The notes under the pieces were generated by a model, which saw only the letters and a list, made by a program, of their open reading frames with translations, did not search any database and was not told where the DNA came from. A DNA stretch of 64,000 nucleotides. Origin: an uncultured bacterium (lineage in GTDB: Bacteria; Patescibacteriota; Minisyncoccia; Phycocordibacterales; UBA9973). Positions within the stretch are counted from its first letter, which is position 1. The number at the start of each line of letters is the position of its first letter. Location of the stretch: NCBI GenBank assembly GCA_903894565.1, contig CAITQP010000005.1, positions 28,971-92,970 on the forward strand, read 5' to 3'. Below are positions 8,416-18,776 of this stretch, in pieces. The position numbers and the translations under genes were made by a program.

Positions 8416-10656
8416 ATGCTCAAACGAATCGAACTATCTGGATTTAAATCTTTTGCGAAAAAAACAACGCTTACTTTTGATACGCCAATCACGGCAGTCG
8501 TCGGACCGAATGGTTCGGGAAAATCAAACGTCGTTGAGTCTATTCGCTTTGTGCTTGGAGAGCAGAGTATCAAAAGCATGCGAGGCAAGGGCTCTGCCGA
8601 CCTCATTTGGAAAGGTTCAAAATTACTTGCGGGTGGAACGAAGGCACGCGTCTCAATCGCGTTCGACAATTCTGATCGTAAGTTCGCTTTTTCAAATGCG
8701 AGTGGTGCATCCGCTGAACTTGGCTTCGATGAAATCACGCTTTCGCGTGAGGTGACCGCTGATGGGGGAAGTGATTACTTTATCAATGGTACGAATGTTC
8801 GTCTCAAGGATATTACGGAGCTTCTTGGTTCGGTAAATATTGGTTCTTCAGGTCACCATATCATTTCGCAAGGTGAGGCAGATCGACTGCTCAGCGCGTC
8901 TCCAAAGGATCGCCGTGGCATGGTAGAGGACGCACTGGGACTCAAGGTTTACCAGATGCGTATTCGCGACGCAGAACGCAAACTCGAAAAAACAGCGCTC
9001 AATATGCGTGAAGTCCAAGCACTGCGACGTGAACTTGCTCCGCACCTCATATTCCTCGGAAAGCAGGTTGAGAAAATTAAAATGGCAGAAGAACTGCGCA
9101 AGGAATTTGCGGGACTGTATCATGAGTATGCGACATTAGAATCTGCATCGATTCGATTTGCTGAACACGAGCTTCATACAGAGGAGTCACATATCAAACG
9201 TGAGATTGCGAGTATCGAAGATGTGGTGACAAGTAGCACTTCGGGTAAATACGATGCGGAACGTGGAGTGATCCTCGATGAAGTACGAACAGCAGAAAAT
9301 GAACAAAGTAAACTCTTTCGAGAGAAAGAAGAACTTGGTCGTGCACTTGGACGTATTGAAGGTAAGCTTGATGCACTTACAGTTGTCCACGAAGAGACTC
9401 GTGGAGTGACAGTCGTGCCTGTGCGAGACGTGCAGTCACTCTGTGCAGATATCATCGCAACAATAGATACAACGGAGACGATAGAAGAATTGTCTGGCGT
9501 TCGTTCGGCGCTTCTCTCTATGAAGCACAAAATTGCGACATTTACGGATTCACTCAAAGGGCAGAAAGCTCCAGAGATTGATCGCGATTCGATACGAGCT
9601 TCGATTGATCATGAAAAGCAAGCACTCGAATCACGCATGCGCGAGATCGATGTGCTTGTGAGTGCCGTGCGTGATCACGTACAGGTTGCTCGCGAAAAGC
9701 TTGCGAAACTCGAGCAAGAAATTCGTGACAGTGAACGAAGTTCCTACGCAGGTGTCGCCCGTCGAGCTACGCTCGACGGGCAGCTTCGCGAGTGCGCTAT
9801 CCGCATGGAGAATCTCACTCGTCGCAAATCGGTACTTGCCGAAGAGACACGCGAAGCTGAAGCATTGCTCGGTGTGTTGATGCATGGTGTGACTGATGGC
9901 CCGATGAGCGAAGATACGAATGAGAAATTCGCTGAGCGTGAGGCACTTCATCGAAAACTCGAACGTATTAAAATCAAACTCGAAGATGCAGGAGCTGCGA
10001 GTGGGGCAGAAGTCCTCAAAGAATTTGAAGACACTCGTGATCGTGATGCGTTTCTCGCGCGCGAGCTTGTTGATATCGAGGCAAGTATTACTTCGCTTCG
10101 CGCCCTCATTCATGAATTGCGCGATACAATTGAACGTACCTTCAAAGAAGGTATTGAGAAAATCAACGTACAGTTTGGAGACTTTTTCAAACTCATGTTT
10201 GGCGGGGGAGGAGCATTTCTTTCTATCGTTGTTGAACACAAGGCACGTCGTGATGAAGATGGCGATATGATTGATCAGGATTCTGATGCGCTCCCATTTG
10301 AACACGGCATTGAAATCAACGTAAATCTTCCACACAAAAAAGTCCGCGATCTCAATATGCTCTCAGGAGGCGAGCGTTCACTCATTTCGATTGCGCTTCT
10401 CTTTGCGATGAGTCAGGTCAATCCACCACCATTCCTCGTACTCGATGAGACAGACGCTGCGCTCGACGAAGCCAACTCGCGCAAGTACGGCGACATGCTC
10501 ACGCACCTCTCACAGCACTCCAAACTCATCGTGGTCACTCACAATCGTGAGACGATGTCTCGTGCACAAGTACTCTACGGAGTCACGATGGGCCTTGAAG
10601 GCGCATCAAAATTACTCTCCATCAAGTTTGATGAAGCAGTATTGATTGCAAAATAA
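8416..10656 (+). CDS. smc: Chromosome segregation protein SMC (compact, 746 aa)
   Basis: N-terminus MLKRIELSGFKSFAKK...GPNGSGKSN (Walker A). C-terminus LSGGERSLISIALLFAM signature, FLVLDETDAALD Walker B, and the LYGVTM tail. Coiled-coil middle is shortened. Confidence 0.85.
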   Translation: MLKRIELSGFKSFAKKTTLTFDTPITAVVGPNGSGKSNVVESIRFVLGEQSIKSMRGKGSADLIWKGSKLLAGGTKARVSIAFDNSDRKFAFSNASGASAELGFDEITLSREVTADGGSDYFINGTNVRLKDITELLGSVNIGSSGHHIISQGEADRLLSASPKDRRGMVEDALGLKVYQMRIRDAERKLEKTALNMREVQALRRELAPHLIFLGKQVEKIKMAEELRKEFAGLYHEYATLESASIRFAEHELHTEESHIKREIASIEDVVTSSTSGKYDAERGVILDEVRTAENEQSKLFREKEELGRALGRIEGKLDALTVVHEETRGVTVVPVRDVQSLCADIIATIDTTETIEELSGVRSALLSMKHKIATFTDSLKGQKAPEIDRDSIRASIDHEKQALESRMREIDVLVSAVRDHVQVAREKLAKLEQEIRDSERSSYAGVARRATLDGQLRECAIRMENLTRRKSVLAEETREAEALLGVLMHGVTDGPMSEDTNEKFAEREALHRKLERIKIKLEDAGAASGAEVLKEFEDTRDRDAFLARELVDIEASITSLRALIHELRDTIERTFKEGIEKINVQFGDFFKLMFGGGGAFLSIVVEHKARRDEDGDMIDQDSDALPFEHGIEINVNLPHKKVRDLNMLSGGERSLISIALLFAMSQVNPPPFLVLDETDAALDEANSRKYGDMLTHLSQHSKLIVVTHNRETMSRAQVLYGVTMGLEGASKLLSIKFDEAVLIAK

Positions 10657-10660
10657 TTTT

Positions 10661-11698
10661 TTACTTTGTGCTGAGCGAAGGAGCGTAGTTTGAATCGAGA
10701 ATAGTTTCATGAGGCGTCACATCAGTGACGTTTTTTCCTGTGAGCGTTGCGGTGACATAGAGACCATGCGTTGTGTTCGTAGAGAACGGTTGATCGAAGA
10801 TGAAGTTTCCGAGACTGTAGAGGATCGGTGCGCCGTTGTATGCGGCGATATCCTCAGCGACATGAGGATGCGCTCCGACAATCATAACTGCGCCATCATC
10901 AATCGCTTTTTGGGCGAGTGTTTCTTGGCGTGCATTGTGTTTGGTTTGATACTCAACACCAAAGTGGAATGAGACAATCAGTGAGTCGACTTTGGTCGAA
11001 GCCGTGCGTACGATCGAATCGAAATCTGGATCGTTTGCAAGGAGTACGCCAGCCTTTGTGTCTGTTGCAGCACCATCGTCTGGTCCAACATCAGTAAAGC
11101 ACAAGAACCCAACAGTGCGGTCTCCTTTGGTAAAGATTGCTGGAGTCTCTGCTTCTGTTTTGTTCATACCAATACCACATGTTTGTATTCCTCCCGCGCG
11201 AAGTCGCTCGAGTGTATCGACAAGTGCGGGCTCGCCCCAATCTTTGATGTGATTGTTTGCTGATGAGACAACATCGACGCCCGCATCTTTGAGTATGGAA
11301 ACAACTTTTGGATCCATACGGAATGAATACAAGTTGTGACGATCTGCACCGACGTCGCTCACAGGACCTTCGAGGTTTGCAAAAGTAATATCTGTATCTT
11401 TGAGAAAACTGGCATTCGCAAATAGTTTGGAATAATCACCATCAAGATTTTTGTTTACTTTAAACTTTACACCACGGTCGAGCATGATATCTCCGACCAT
11501 ACCGATAGTGATTGAAGTTGGCGCGGGGAGTGATGGAACAAGATTTTGTTGTGTCGCAATAACTGCAGCGGCTTGGTTTAGATCGTTTGTGGCAGGAAAA
11601 GAGAATTGGATATGTTCAAAACCACGCCCTAAAAAGCCTGCGGACAGACCGAGGAAAAGTAATCCAAACAAAAGTTGTTTATCCTTGTACGACTTCAT
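10661..11698 (-). CDS. CapA-family (PGA-biosynthesis / metallophosphatase-like) membrane-anchored protein
   Basis: N-terminal TM anchor, then the CapA-like pattern (MVGDIMLDRGV..., SSANNHIKDWG, GAHPHV). Start taken at MKSYKDK. Confidence 0.7.
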   Translation of the reverse strand: MKSYKDKQLLFGLLFLGLSAGFLGRGFEHIQFSFPATNDLNQAAAVIATQQNLVPSLPAPTSITIGMVGDIMLDRGVKFKVNKNLDGDYSKLFANASFLKDTDITFANLEGPVSDVGADRHNLYSFRMDPKVVSILKDAGVDVVSSANNHIKDWGEPALVDTLERLRAGGIQTCGIGMNKTEAETPAIFTKGDRTVGFLCFTDVGPDDGAATDTKAGVLLANDPDFDSIVRTASTKVDSLIVSFHFGVEYQTKHNARQETLAQKAIDDGAVMIVGAHPHVAEDIAAYNGAPILYSLGNFIFDQPFSTNTTHGLYVTATLTGKNVTDVTPHETILDSNYAPSLSTK

Positions 11699-13763
11699 AG
11701 TCAATCTGTCGGCGCTCTGGATCAGCACGAACGATTTTCACTTGTATTGTATCACCAATTCGATATTTTTTTTGCGAAATTTGTCCGGTCAATGTAGCGA
11801 GTCGAGGATTGAGACTGAATGGTTCATTCGCAAGTGTGCGAAGAGAGATGAGGCCTTCAGCTGTGGTCTCCTTGTCTCGTACATAGATGCCCCATTCAGC
11901 GATACCGGTAATCATTCCAGTAATTGTTTCGCCAACTTTTGTTGCCATGTATTCAGTGAGTTTGAATTTTACACTCTCGCGTTCTGCGTCAGCTGCGCGC
12001 ACTTCTGCCATCGAACACAGTCGCGCTACGCGCTCGTACGTCTTGCGTGCATTTGCAGGAGCTGGTTTGCCTGCGAGTGCATAGCGGAGCAAGCGATGAA
12101 TGACGAGGTCAGGATAGCGACGAATTGGGGAAGTAAAATGCGTGTAGTGTTTGAATTGCAAACCGTAGTGACCAATATTTTTGGTTGTGTACACAGCTTT
12201 GGCCATGGAACGAATCACAAAAGTGAGCGCGGTTTGTTTCAAGTCACCAGCTTCGAATGCATGAATGACATCACTGATCGCGCGAGGATCGAGCGATCCA
12301 TCTTTGCGGAGCGGAATCGGGTGACCGATTGAGCGCATGAAGAAGGCGAGGTCCTCGGCCTTTTCTGTTGTTGGCTGGTCGTGTGTTCGGTAGATGACAG
12401 AGTATTCACATTCGCCGTTCGGATTTGGTTTTCCTCCAGCTTTTTTAGATTTGCCACCACGCTCGAGGAATTCGGCGATGCGACGATTGGCAAGGAGCAT
12501 GAGCTCTTCAATCAATGTGTGACTTTCGGTGCGGATTTTTTTTACAATTTTGATTGGCTTGCCCGTCTCATCAATGATGACTTTGATTTCTTCTTGTTCG
12601 AGGATGAGTGCGCCTTCGTCGATACGTCCTTTGCCAAGCTTGCGTGCGATGCCGGCTGCAATCATTACTTCCTCGCGGAATTTGTGCGGTGCGCCATCAA
12701 GGACTTCTTGAGCTGATTCATACGTGAAGCGTTGTGCAGAATGAATGACGGTTGGTCCAAACCACGCGCCTTTTTCTTCGCCATCTGGTCCGAAGGTAAC
12801 GACGGCACTCATCGTGAGGCGGTCAACATCGGGAAGCAGGGAACACAAGTCGTCAGAGAGTACGCGTGGGAGCATTGGGATCGTGCGGTCGACGAGATAC
12901 ACAGACGTGCCACGTTCTATCGCTTCACGATCAAGTTCAGTTTTGGGCTGTACGTAATGCGAAACGTCGGCAATATGAATTCCGATTTCGACGTCACCGT
13001 TTGCAAGTTTCTCAACGGAAATTGCGTCGTCAAAATCTTTTGCATCGTATGGATCAATCGTGAATGTTACAATCTTGCGAAAATCACGACGATCGCGGAG
13101 GTCGTCGAGGGTTATACCACGCGCGTCGATAGCTTTTGCTTCGACGAGAACTTCGTCAGGAAATGCTTCGGTGAATCCGCGCTCAAGTGCAATGGCCTGC
13201 ATTTCTGTTTCGTGTTCACCTGGTTTGCCGAGGAGACGAACGACGCGACCAATCGGCGCAACATTTTGATTTTTCCATTCAGTCATTTCGACATACACAC
13301 GATCTCCCGGACGCGCATCAAGTGCCATGTCTTTTTGGATCGAAATATTTGCGTACATTTTTGGATCGGAAGCTTTGAGGATGTATGAATTGCCGAGTTG
13401 CGCGAGTACGCCAGTGAATTGTGTTTTGGCACGCATTACGATCTCGGTAATTCGACCGATGGTTTCTTTGGTAGGAGCACCTGTCGTGATTGATGGGCGA
13501 GTGGCTTTTGATCCCGTCACAACGACTTTGACTTCGTCGCCATGGAGTGCCATATTCATGTCGTTTTCAAACACACGAATGCCATCTTTGTATTCTTCGC
13601 ATTTGACGATACCACCTCCGCGACCAAGTACGACGAGCGTACCCTCAATGATTTTCTGAGGTCGGGCATGGTTCTTTGTTTGCGTTTTGTTTTCGTGAGA
13701 GGCTCGAGCGGAATGGTGCGGACGAGGGGCGTGCTTGTCTCCGCCTTGATGAGGTTTTTTCAT
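11679..13763 (-). CDS. rnr: Ribonuclease R (RNB-family 3'-5' exoribonuclease)
   Basis: RNB catalytic region, C-terminal S1 domain, His/Lys-rich basic N-terminal tail. Stop TAA. Confidence 0.85.
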   Translation of the reverse strand: MKKPHQGGDKHAPRPHHSARASHENKTQTKNHARPQKIIEGTLVVLGRGGGIVKCEEYKDGIRVFENDMNMALHGDEVKVVVTGSKATRPSITTGAPTKETIGRITEIVMRAKTQFTGVLAQLGNSYILKASDPKMYANISIQKDMALDARPGDRVYVEMTEWKNQNVAPIGRVVRLLGKPGEHETEMQAIALERGFTEAFPDEVLVEAKAIDARGITLDDLRDRRDFRKIVTFTIDPYDAKDFDDAISVEKLANGDVEIGIHIADVSHYVQPKTELDREAIERGTSVYLVDRTIPMLPRVLSDDLCSLLPDVDRLTMSAVVTFGPDGEEKGAWFGPTVIHSAQRFTYESAQEVLDGAPHKFREEVMIAAGIARKLGKGRIDEGALILEQEEIKVIIDETGKPIKIVKKIRTESHTLIEELMLLANRRIAEFLERGGKSKKAGGKPNPNGECEYSVIYRTHDQPTTEKAEDLAFFMRSIGHPIPLRKDGSLDPRAISDVIHAFEAGDLKQTALTFVIRSMAKAVYTTKNIGHYGLQFKHYTHFTSPIRRYPDLVIHRLLRYALAGKPAPANARKTYERVARLCSMAEVRAADAERESVKFKLTEYMATKVGETITGMITGIAEWGIYVRDKETTAEGLISLRTLANEPFSLNPRLATLTGQISQKKYRIGDTIQVKIVRADPERRQIDYEVVQG

Positions 13764-13844
13764 ATATATGTACTATACCATTTTAGGAGACAAAAACACG
13801 ATTTCTTGCCTTTTTTCTGAATTCTGGTAGTATACCTCTCACAT

Positions 13845-14150
13845 ATGTTAATGATCCGAATGCAACGAATAGGTCGCAAGAACGAGGCGCATTTCCGCAT
13901 CGTTTTGACCGATCACAAGAACGCAGCAAAGTCTGGTAAATTCCAGGAGATTCTTGGTGCCTACAACCCAAAGGCTGGGGAGGTCACTATCAAAGAAGAT
14001 CGTGTAAAGCACTGGATGAGTGTTGGTGCTCAGCCATCTGACACTGTTTATAACTTCCTCGTCACAAAGGGTATCGTTGTCGGAAAGAAAAAGAACGTAC
14101 TCTCACGCAAGGCTCCAACTAAGAAGCGCAAAGAACTCAAAGCTGCGTAA
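13845..14150 (+). CDS. rpsP: 30S ribosomal protein S16
   Basis: MIRMQRIGRKNEAHFRIVLTDHKNAAKSGKFQEILGAYNP... canonical S16. Confidence 0.9.
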   Translation: MLMIRMQRIGRKNEAHFRIVLTDHKNAAKSGKFQEILGAYNPKAGEVTIKEDRVKHWMSVGAQPSDTVYNFLVTKGIVVGKKKNVLSRKAPTKKRKELKAA

Positions 14151-14164
14151 TTGTAACGCAGTGT

Positions 14165-14247
14165 GGGCGCGAAAAAAATAAAGGTACTAAAAAACACGGT
14201 CGACCCATTCCTCCGTGTTTTTTAGTACCTTTATTTTTTTCGCGCCC
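14165..14247. repeat. 35-bp perfect inverted repeat (hairpin) with a 13-nt spacer, between rpsP and the KH-protein gene
   Basis: GGGCGCGAAAAAAATAAAGGTACTAAAAAACACGG (14165-14199) and its exact reverse complement (14213-14247). Shares the core AAAAAACACGG...CCGTGTTTTTT with the terminator at 421-477. Confidence 0.85.
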
Positions 14248-14357
14248 AAACGACTTTCCAAAAATGCTGATGTGAGGTATTATGCTTCCTAAGCAGTAGG
14301 GTCGGAACTATTGCATAGTATATGTATTGCATTAACAGAATTTCAGTTTAGTACACC

Positions 14358-14669
14358 ATGGAACAGGATACAGCATTTCTTGAATACGTAGTAAAAGCAC
14401 TCGTCGACAACCCTAATGATGTGAAGATCGAGCGTACCGTCGATGAGATGGGCGTGCTCGTGAAGCTCACCGTCAACCCCGCAGATATGGGCAAGATCAT
14501 CGGCCGCCAAGGCAACACAGCTAAGGCTATCCGCACATTGCTCCGTGTCATCGGCATGAAGAATAATTCGCGCGTCAATTTGAAGATCAACGAACCAGAT
14601 GGCGGTACAAAAGCTGCTGGAATCGAAGAGACTTTTGATGAGGCAATGGCTGATTTGAAGAACATGTAG
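14358..14669 (+). CDS. KH-domain RNA-binding protein (YlqC/KhpA-like)
   Basis: GKIIGRQGNTAKAIRTLL KH motif. Located downstream of rpsP as in the rpsP-ylqC-rimM-trmD arrangement. Stop TAG. Confidence 0.8.
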   Translation: MEQDTAFLEYVVKALVDNPNDVKIERTVDEMGVLVKLTVNPADMGKIIGRQGNTAKAIRTLLRVIGMKNNSRVNLKINEPDGGTKAAGIEETFDEAMADLKNM

Positions 14670-14694
14670 TTTTGGAATTAGGAATATTTTTGAA

Positions 14695-14724
14695 GCAAAA
14701 GACACCCGTAAGGGTGTTTTTTGC
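14695..14724 (+). terminator. Intrinsic terminator after the KH gene
   Basis: GCAAAAGACACCC-GTAA-GGGTGTTTTTTGC hairpin followed by a T-tract. Confidence 0.55.
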
Positions 14725-14810
14725 TTGTGTAAAAAAAATGGAATAGTTACAATAGTAATTATTACTATTATTCCTTGCGAACCGTAGGTAGGTTCACAAG
14801 TCAGTATGAT

Positions 14811-16145
14811 ATGAGTTTTTGGAATAACCCCGAAAATAACGCAGTAAAGGTTTTGCTTCTTGTTGTTGTTTTGGCGGGTGCTGGTTTTTTTGTGGTAAAT
14901 GGTGCTCATTCGGGTACTGGAAGTGCGACTGGTCAAGTTATTGTTGCTTCACAAACAAGTACACAATCACCTGCAGGAATGCTTCCTCCTGGTGTTGGAG
15001 CTGTTAATTCAATTGGTGTACCAGCGAATGCTCCGACTACGCCAAGTGGCTCGTCTACAACTGGTACTACTACTGGTGGTGGAGTAGGTGCTGGTACGAG
15101 CGGTACTGGAGCTACACCACCAACAGCAACTCTCTTTCCAGCGATTAATATTGGAGCAAATCCTACTGGATCACTCGCTTCTGCAATGAAGGTCTTGTAC
15201 GTTCAAGGAACGTCAGTCTTTGCAGGTGGTGTAGGCATCCGCGGACAGCTCGGTGTGGCTCAGAATGATGGGAGTACTGTCTCAACGAGCGCTCCTGGAT
15301 ATAACACTATCTATGTACAAGGCGTTCCTGTTTGTTTGAGAGATGGTTCAAACTGTCCTCAGTCAGGCGCTTCGATGGGATCAAATAATGCAGGTACAGC
15401 AGCTGCTCCTTCATCTGTTTTGCCTTTTACATCAAAAGGACCAGTCACTTCACAAGGAGCTTGGATTGGTTGGAATAATCTTACCGGTGGTACTGGTGAG
15501 ACAGATTTCATTAATAATAAAGGTGAGGGTACGGGAGGATTCGCATTTATGAATGGAGGCAATGGTAGTCCATCTGCACCATCTGAGAAAGTTCTCGGTA
15601 CGCTCGATGACACAGGAACATTGTCTGTCCCTGGTTCAGTAAATGCTTTGAACGAATCTCATTTTGGAGTTGGAGGAAAATATATCGATCCAGCTCCAGG
15701 TGTTCCAGTTGCATTGAAGGCAAATTCAATCGCGACAGGAAAATTGGTTGTGGATGGTGAAGTACCAATTATGCGTATTAACCCTGCTTGTTTTGAAGGG
15801 GACACAAAATGGTTTAATCCGTTTCCTATGCCTTTTGATTCAAATACTCTCTCGAATATGTTTATTGGTACGGTTTCTCTTCCGTTTCAGATATTAAATC
15901 AAGCCGGAATTCTTGCTAAAAATTTATTGAACGTAGTTTTTGGCGGAGGAAATAACTGGAACGACAGCATCTTGAAATCTTCAGTTATACTTACAACAAG
16001 TACTGGTTGTTATAACAAGAATGGAACATATTATAGTAATGCCGATTATGGAATTTTCGGGTTCGTTCTTCCTGGTATTCCACCAAAGAATGCTAGTACA
16101 GATATAATCAATAAATACACATTACTTGGTACGGGGCATAAATAA
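14811..16145 (+). CDS. Membrane-anchored Gly/Thr/Ser-rich low-complexity surface protein
   Basis: N-terminal hydrophobic anchor (VKVLLLVVVLAGAGFFVV), then long G/T/S/A/P-rich low-complexity region and a C-terminal globular part. No recognisable enzymatic motif. Start at ATG 14811 (ORF track starts 14775). Confidence 0.6.
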   Translation: MSFWNNPENNAVKVLLLVVVLAGAGFFVVNGAHSGTGSATGQVIVASQTSTQSPAGMLPPGVGAVNSIGVPANAPTTPSGSSTTGTTTGGGVGAGTSGTGATPPTATLFPAINIGANPTGSLASAMKVLYVQGTSVFAGGVGIRGQLGVAQNDGSTVSTSAPGYNTIYVQGVPVCLRDGSNCPQSGASMGSNNAGTAAAPSSVLPFTSKGPVTSQGAWIGWNNLTGGTGETDFINNKGEGTGGFAFMNGGNGSPSAPSEKVLGTLDDTGTLSVPGSVNALNESHFGVGGKYIDPAPGVPVALKANSIATGKLVVDGEVPIMRINPACFEGDTKWFNPFPMPFDSNTLSNMFIGTVSLPFQILNQAGILAKNLLNVVFGGGNNWNDSILKSSVILTTSTGCYNKNGTYYSNADYGIFGFVLPGIPPKNASTDIINKYTLLGTGHK

Positions 16146-16161
16146 AGAGAGGTAGTTGAGG

Positions 16162-16193
16162 AAAAAAGGCCGCGCGTACGCGCGGCCTTTTGT
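16162..16193 (+). terminator. Intrinsic terminator
   Basis: AAAAAAGGCCGCGCG-TA-CGCGCGGCCTTTT. Confidence 0.65.
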
Positions 16194-16262
16194 ATTTGCG
16201 TATTCGAGGAAATAGTGTTATTGTTGTAGGGTAATTGGCCCCACGGGGCTCTTATTTTATAT

Positions 16263-18056
16263 ATGGACAAAAAAGATATCAGAAATATAGCTATTATCGC
16301 ACACGTTGACCACGGCAAGACCACTCTTACCGATGCTCTTTTGAAGTTTACGGGAGCCGTCGACGCAACCGCTTCAAGTATGGATTCGAACGATCTTGAA
16401 AAGGAGCGTGGTATCACGATCTATTCAAAGAACTGTTCACTCATGTACAAGGGCACAAAGATCAACATCGTTGATACTCCAGGACACGCCGACTTCGGTT
16501 CTGAAGTTGAACGCGTGCTCCGCTCAATCGATACTGTCCTTCTCATTGTTGACGCACAAGAAGGTCCAATGCCACAGACACGATTCGTGCTCAAGAAGTC
16601 ACTCGAACTCGGTCTCAAGCCAATCGTCGTTGTGAACAAAATCGACAAGCCAGCTGCAAACCCAGAACAAGTTCATGAACAAGTCCTCGAACTCTTTCTT
16701 GAGCTTGGAGCAAACGATGAACAGCTCGATTTCAAAACTATCTTCGCAATCGGACGACAGGGAATCGCAAAGCGCAATCTCGCTGATGATTCAAAAGATC
16801 TCGCACCGCTTCTTGATATGGTTCTCGAACTTGTTCCATCAGCGACTCGTGATGTGAATGCTCCAGCATGTGCACAAGTATTCAACCTTGCATATGACTC
16901 ATTCCTCGGACGTCTCGCTATTGCGCGTGTCTATGATGGAACGCTCAAAGATGGCTCCACTATTTTTGTAAAACATGGAGACACAACTCGTCAGGCAAAA
17001 ATCACAAAAATGTTTTCATTCATAGGACAGAAACGTGAACCAGTTACTGAGCTCGTCTCAGGAGACATTGGTATCGTTGCTGGTATTTCAGATGTGTACA
17101 TCGGAGAAACAATCGCCGGAGACAATTCTGTCACCGCGCTTCCAACAATCTCGATTGACGAACCAACAATCACACTCAGTTTCCTCGTGAACGACTCACC
17201 ATTCGCAGGACGCGATGGAAAATTTGTTACATCACGTCAGATTCGCGATCGTCTCGAACGTGAACTGCAGGTCAACGTTGGTCTCAAAGTTGACTTTGAT
17301 TCTGAAGCAACATTTCAAGTATCAGGTCGTGGAGAACTCCACGTTGCTGTGCTCCTCGAACAGATGCGTCGTGAAGGATTTGAAATGCAAGTATCTCAGC
17401 CAAAGGCAATCACCAAAGAGGTTGATGGCGTAAAGAACGAACCATACGAAGAAGCAACTGTTGATGTTCCAATGGAATTTTCAGGAGCAGTTATCGAAAC
17501 ACTTACCAAGCGTCGTGGTTTGCTCACTTCAATGACAGAAAAAGAAGGCATTGCGCGTATCCTTATCGAAATCCCAACTCGTGGATTGCTCGGTTACCGA
17601 AACCAATTCGTGATTGATACAAAGGGAGAAGGAATTCTTGCTTCACGCGTGATCGGGTTCCGTCCATGGGCGGGTGAGATTAAGAAGAAGGAAGTTGGTG
17701 CTATGGTCTCGATGATCACAGGGTTTGCCGCTGGATTCTCCATCTGGAATCTTCAAGATCGCGGTGTGATGTATATCGTCCACAACACTGAAGTGTACGA
17801 AGGAATGATCGTTGGAAACACATCGAAGGGCGAAGATATGATGGTGAATCCGATCAAAGGAAAGGCACTTTCAAACGTTCGTTCATCAGGAACCGACGAG
17901 GCAATGTATCTCAACCCAGCATGGGAACTCACGATCGAACGCGGTCTTGAAGTCATGAACCATGACGAATATCTCGAAGTTACTCCTCATTTTGTGCGCT
18001 TGCGCAAAAAGTTACTCACAGAGACTGAGCGATCACGTGGATCTCGAAATCAATAA
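16263..18056 (+). CDS. typA: Translational GTPase TypA/BipA
   Basis: [20 protein letters not shown]-domain and EF-G-like domain layout, 597 aa. Confidence 0.9.
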   Translation: MDKKDIRNIAIIAHVDHGKTTLTDALLKFTGAVDATASSMDSNDLEKERGITIYSKNCSLMYKGTKINIVDTPGHADFGSEVERVLRSIDTVLLIVDAQEGPMPQTRFVLKKSLELGLKPIVVVNKIDKPAANPEQVHEQVLELFLELGANDEQLDFKTIFAIGRQGIAKRNLADDSKDLAPLLDMVLELVPSATRDVNAPACAQVFNLAYDSFLGRLAIARVYDGTLKDGSTIFVKHGDTTRQAKITKMFSFIGQKREPVTELVSGDIGIVAGISDVYIGETIAGDNSVTALPTISIDEPTITLSFLVNDSPFAGRDGKFVTSRQIRDRLERELQVNVGLKVDFDSEATFQVSGRGELHVAVLLEQMRREGFEMQVSQPKAITKEVDGVKNEPYEEATVDVPMEFSGAVIETLTKRRGLLTSMTEKEGIARILIEIPTRGLLGYRNQFVIDTKGEGILASRVIGFRPWAGEIKKKEVGAMVSMITGFAAGFSIWNLQDRGVMYIVHNTEVYEGMIVGNTSKGEDMMVNPIKGKALSNVRSSGTDEAMYLNPAWELTIERGLEVMNHDEYLEVTPHFVRLRKKLLTETERSRGSRNQ

Positions 18057-18066
18057 ATTATAAGTG

Positions 18067-18092
18067 AAAAATTCCGCGTACGCGGAATTTTT
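18067..18092 (+). terminator. Intrinsic terminator
   Basis: AAAAATTCCGCG-TA-CGCGGAATTTTT; same CGCGTACGCG core as the terminator at 16162. Confidence 0.65.
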
Positions 18093-18113
18093 CGTAACTG
18101 TTATACTCATATT

Positions 18114-18734
18114 ATGTCATTCATCAACAATCTCAACTGGCGTTACGCCACCAAACAATTTAATGGAAATATTGTAGGCGATGTACAGCTCGATACAATT
18201 CTCGAGGCAATTCGTCTCGCTCCATCGGCAACGGGGATGCAACCATATCATATCGTTGTTGCACACGGTGCAATGAAGGACAAACTCATTGAGTCTTCAG
18301 GACAGGTTGCGAAAATGGGTGCTTCACATCTTCTTGTTTTTTGTTCACGTACAGATTATCCCGCACGCGGAGAGCAGCAGATTGCGAATACAGCACAGAT
18401 ACAAGGAGTGACGACTGAATCACTCGAGGGACTTAAGAAGATGGTGTGGATGTCCTTTGAGTCAAAAACTCCTGAAAAGCTTATTGCCTGGGCAGAACGA
18501 CAAGTCTATATTGCACTTGGATTCGCTCTTGCTGCATGTGCTGAGCTTGAGATCGACGCAGCTCCTATGGAAGGATTTAAGCCTGACGCATTTCAAGAAA
18601 TACTCGGGTTGCCCGCGTCAATCCACCCTGTTGTGATTATGGCTATTGGTCATCGTGATCCAGAAGATAGTGCTCAGCCAAGCAAACGCGCGAAAGTTCG
18701 ATTTCCAAAAGACGACTTGTTTTCGTTTCAGTAA
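18114..18734 (+). CDS. Nitroreductase-family (NfsB-like) oxidoreductase
   Basis: Nitroreductase fold pattern (RYATKQF..., LAPSATGMQPYH), 206 aa. Confidence 0.75.
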   Translation: MSFINNLNWRYATKQFNGNIVGDVQLDTILEAIRLAPSATGMQPYHIVVAHGAMKDKLIESSGQVAKMGASHLLVFCSRTDYPARGEQQIANTAQIQGVTTESLEGLKKMVWMSFESKTPEKLIAWAERQVYIALGFALAACAELEIDAAPMEGFKPDAFQEILGLPASIHPVVIMAIGHRDPEDSAQPSKRAKVRFPKDDLFSFQ

Positions 18735-18776
18735 AACTCTTTATTATTCATAACTCAATTGATATACTAAATTCAC

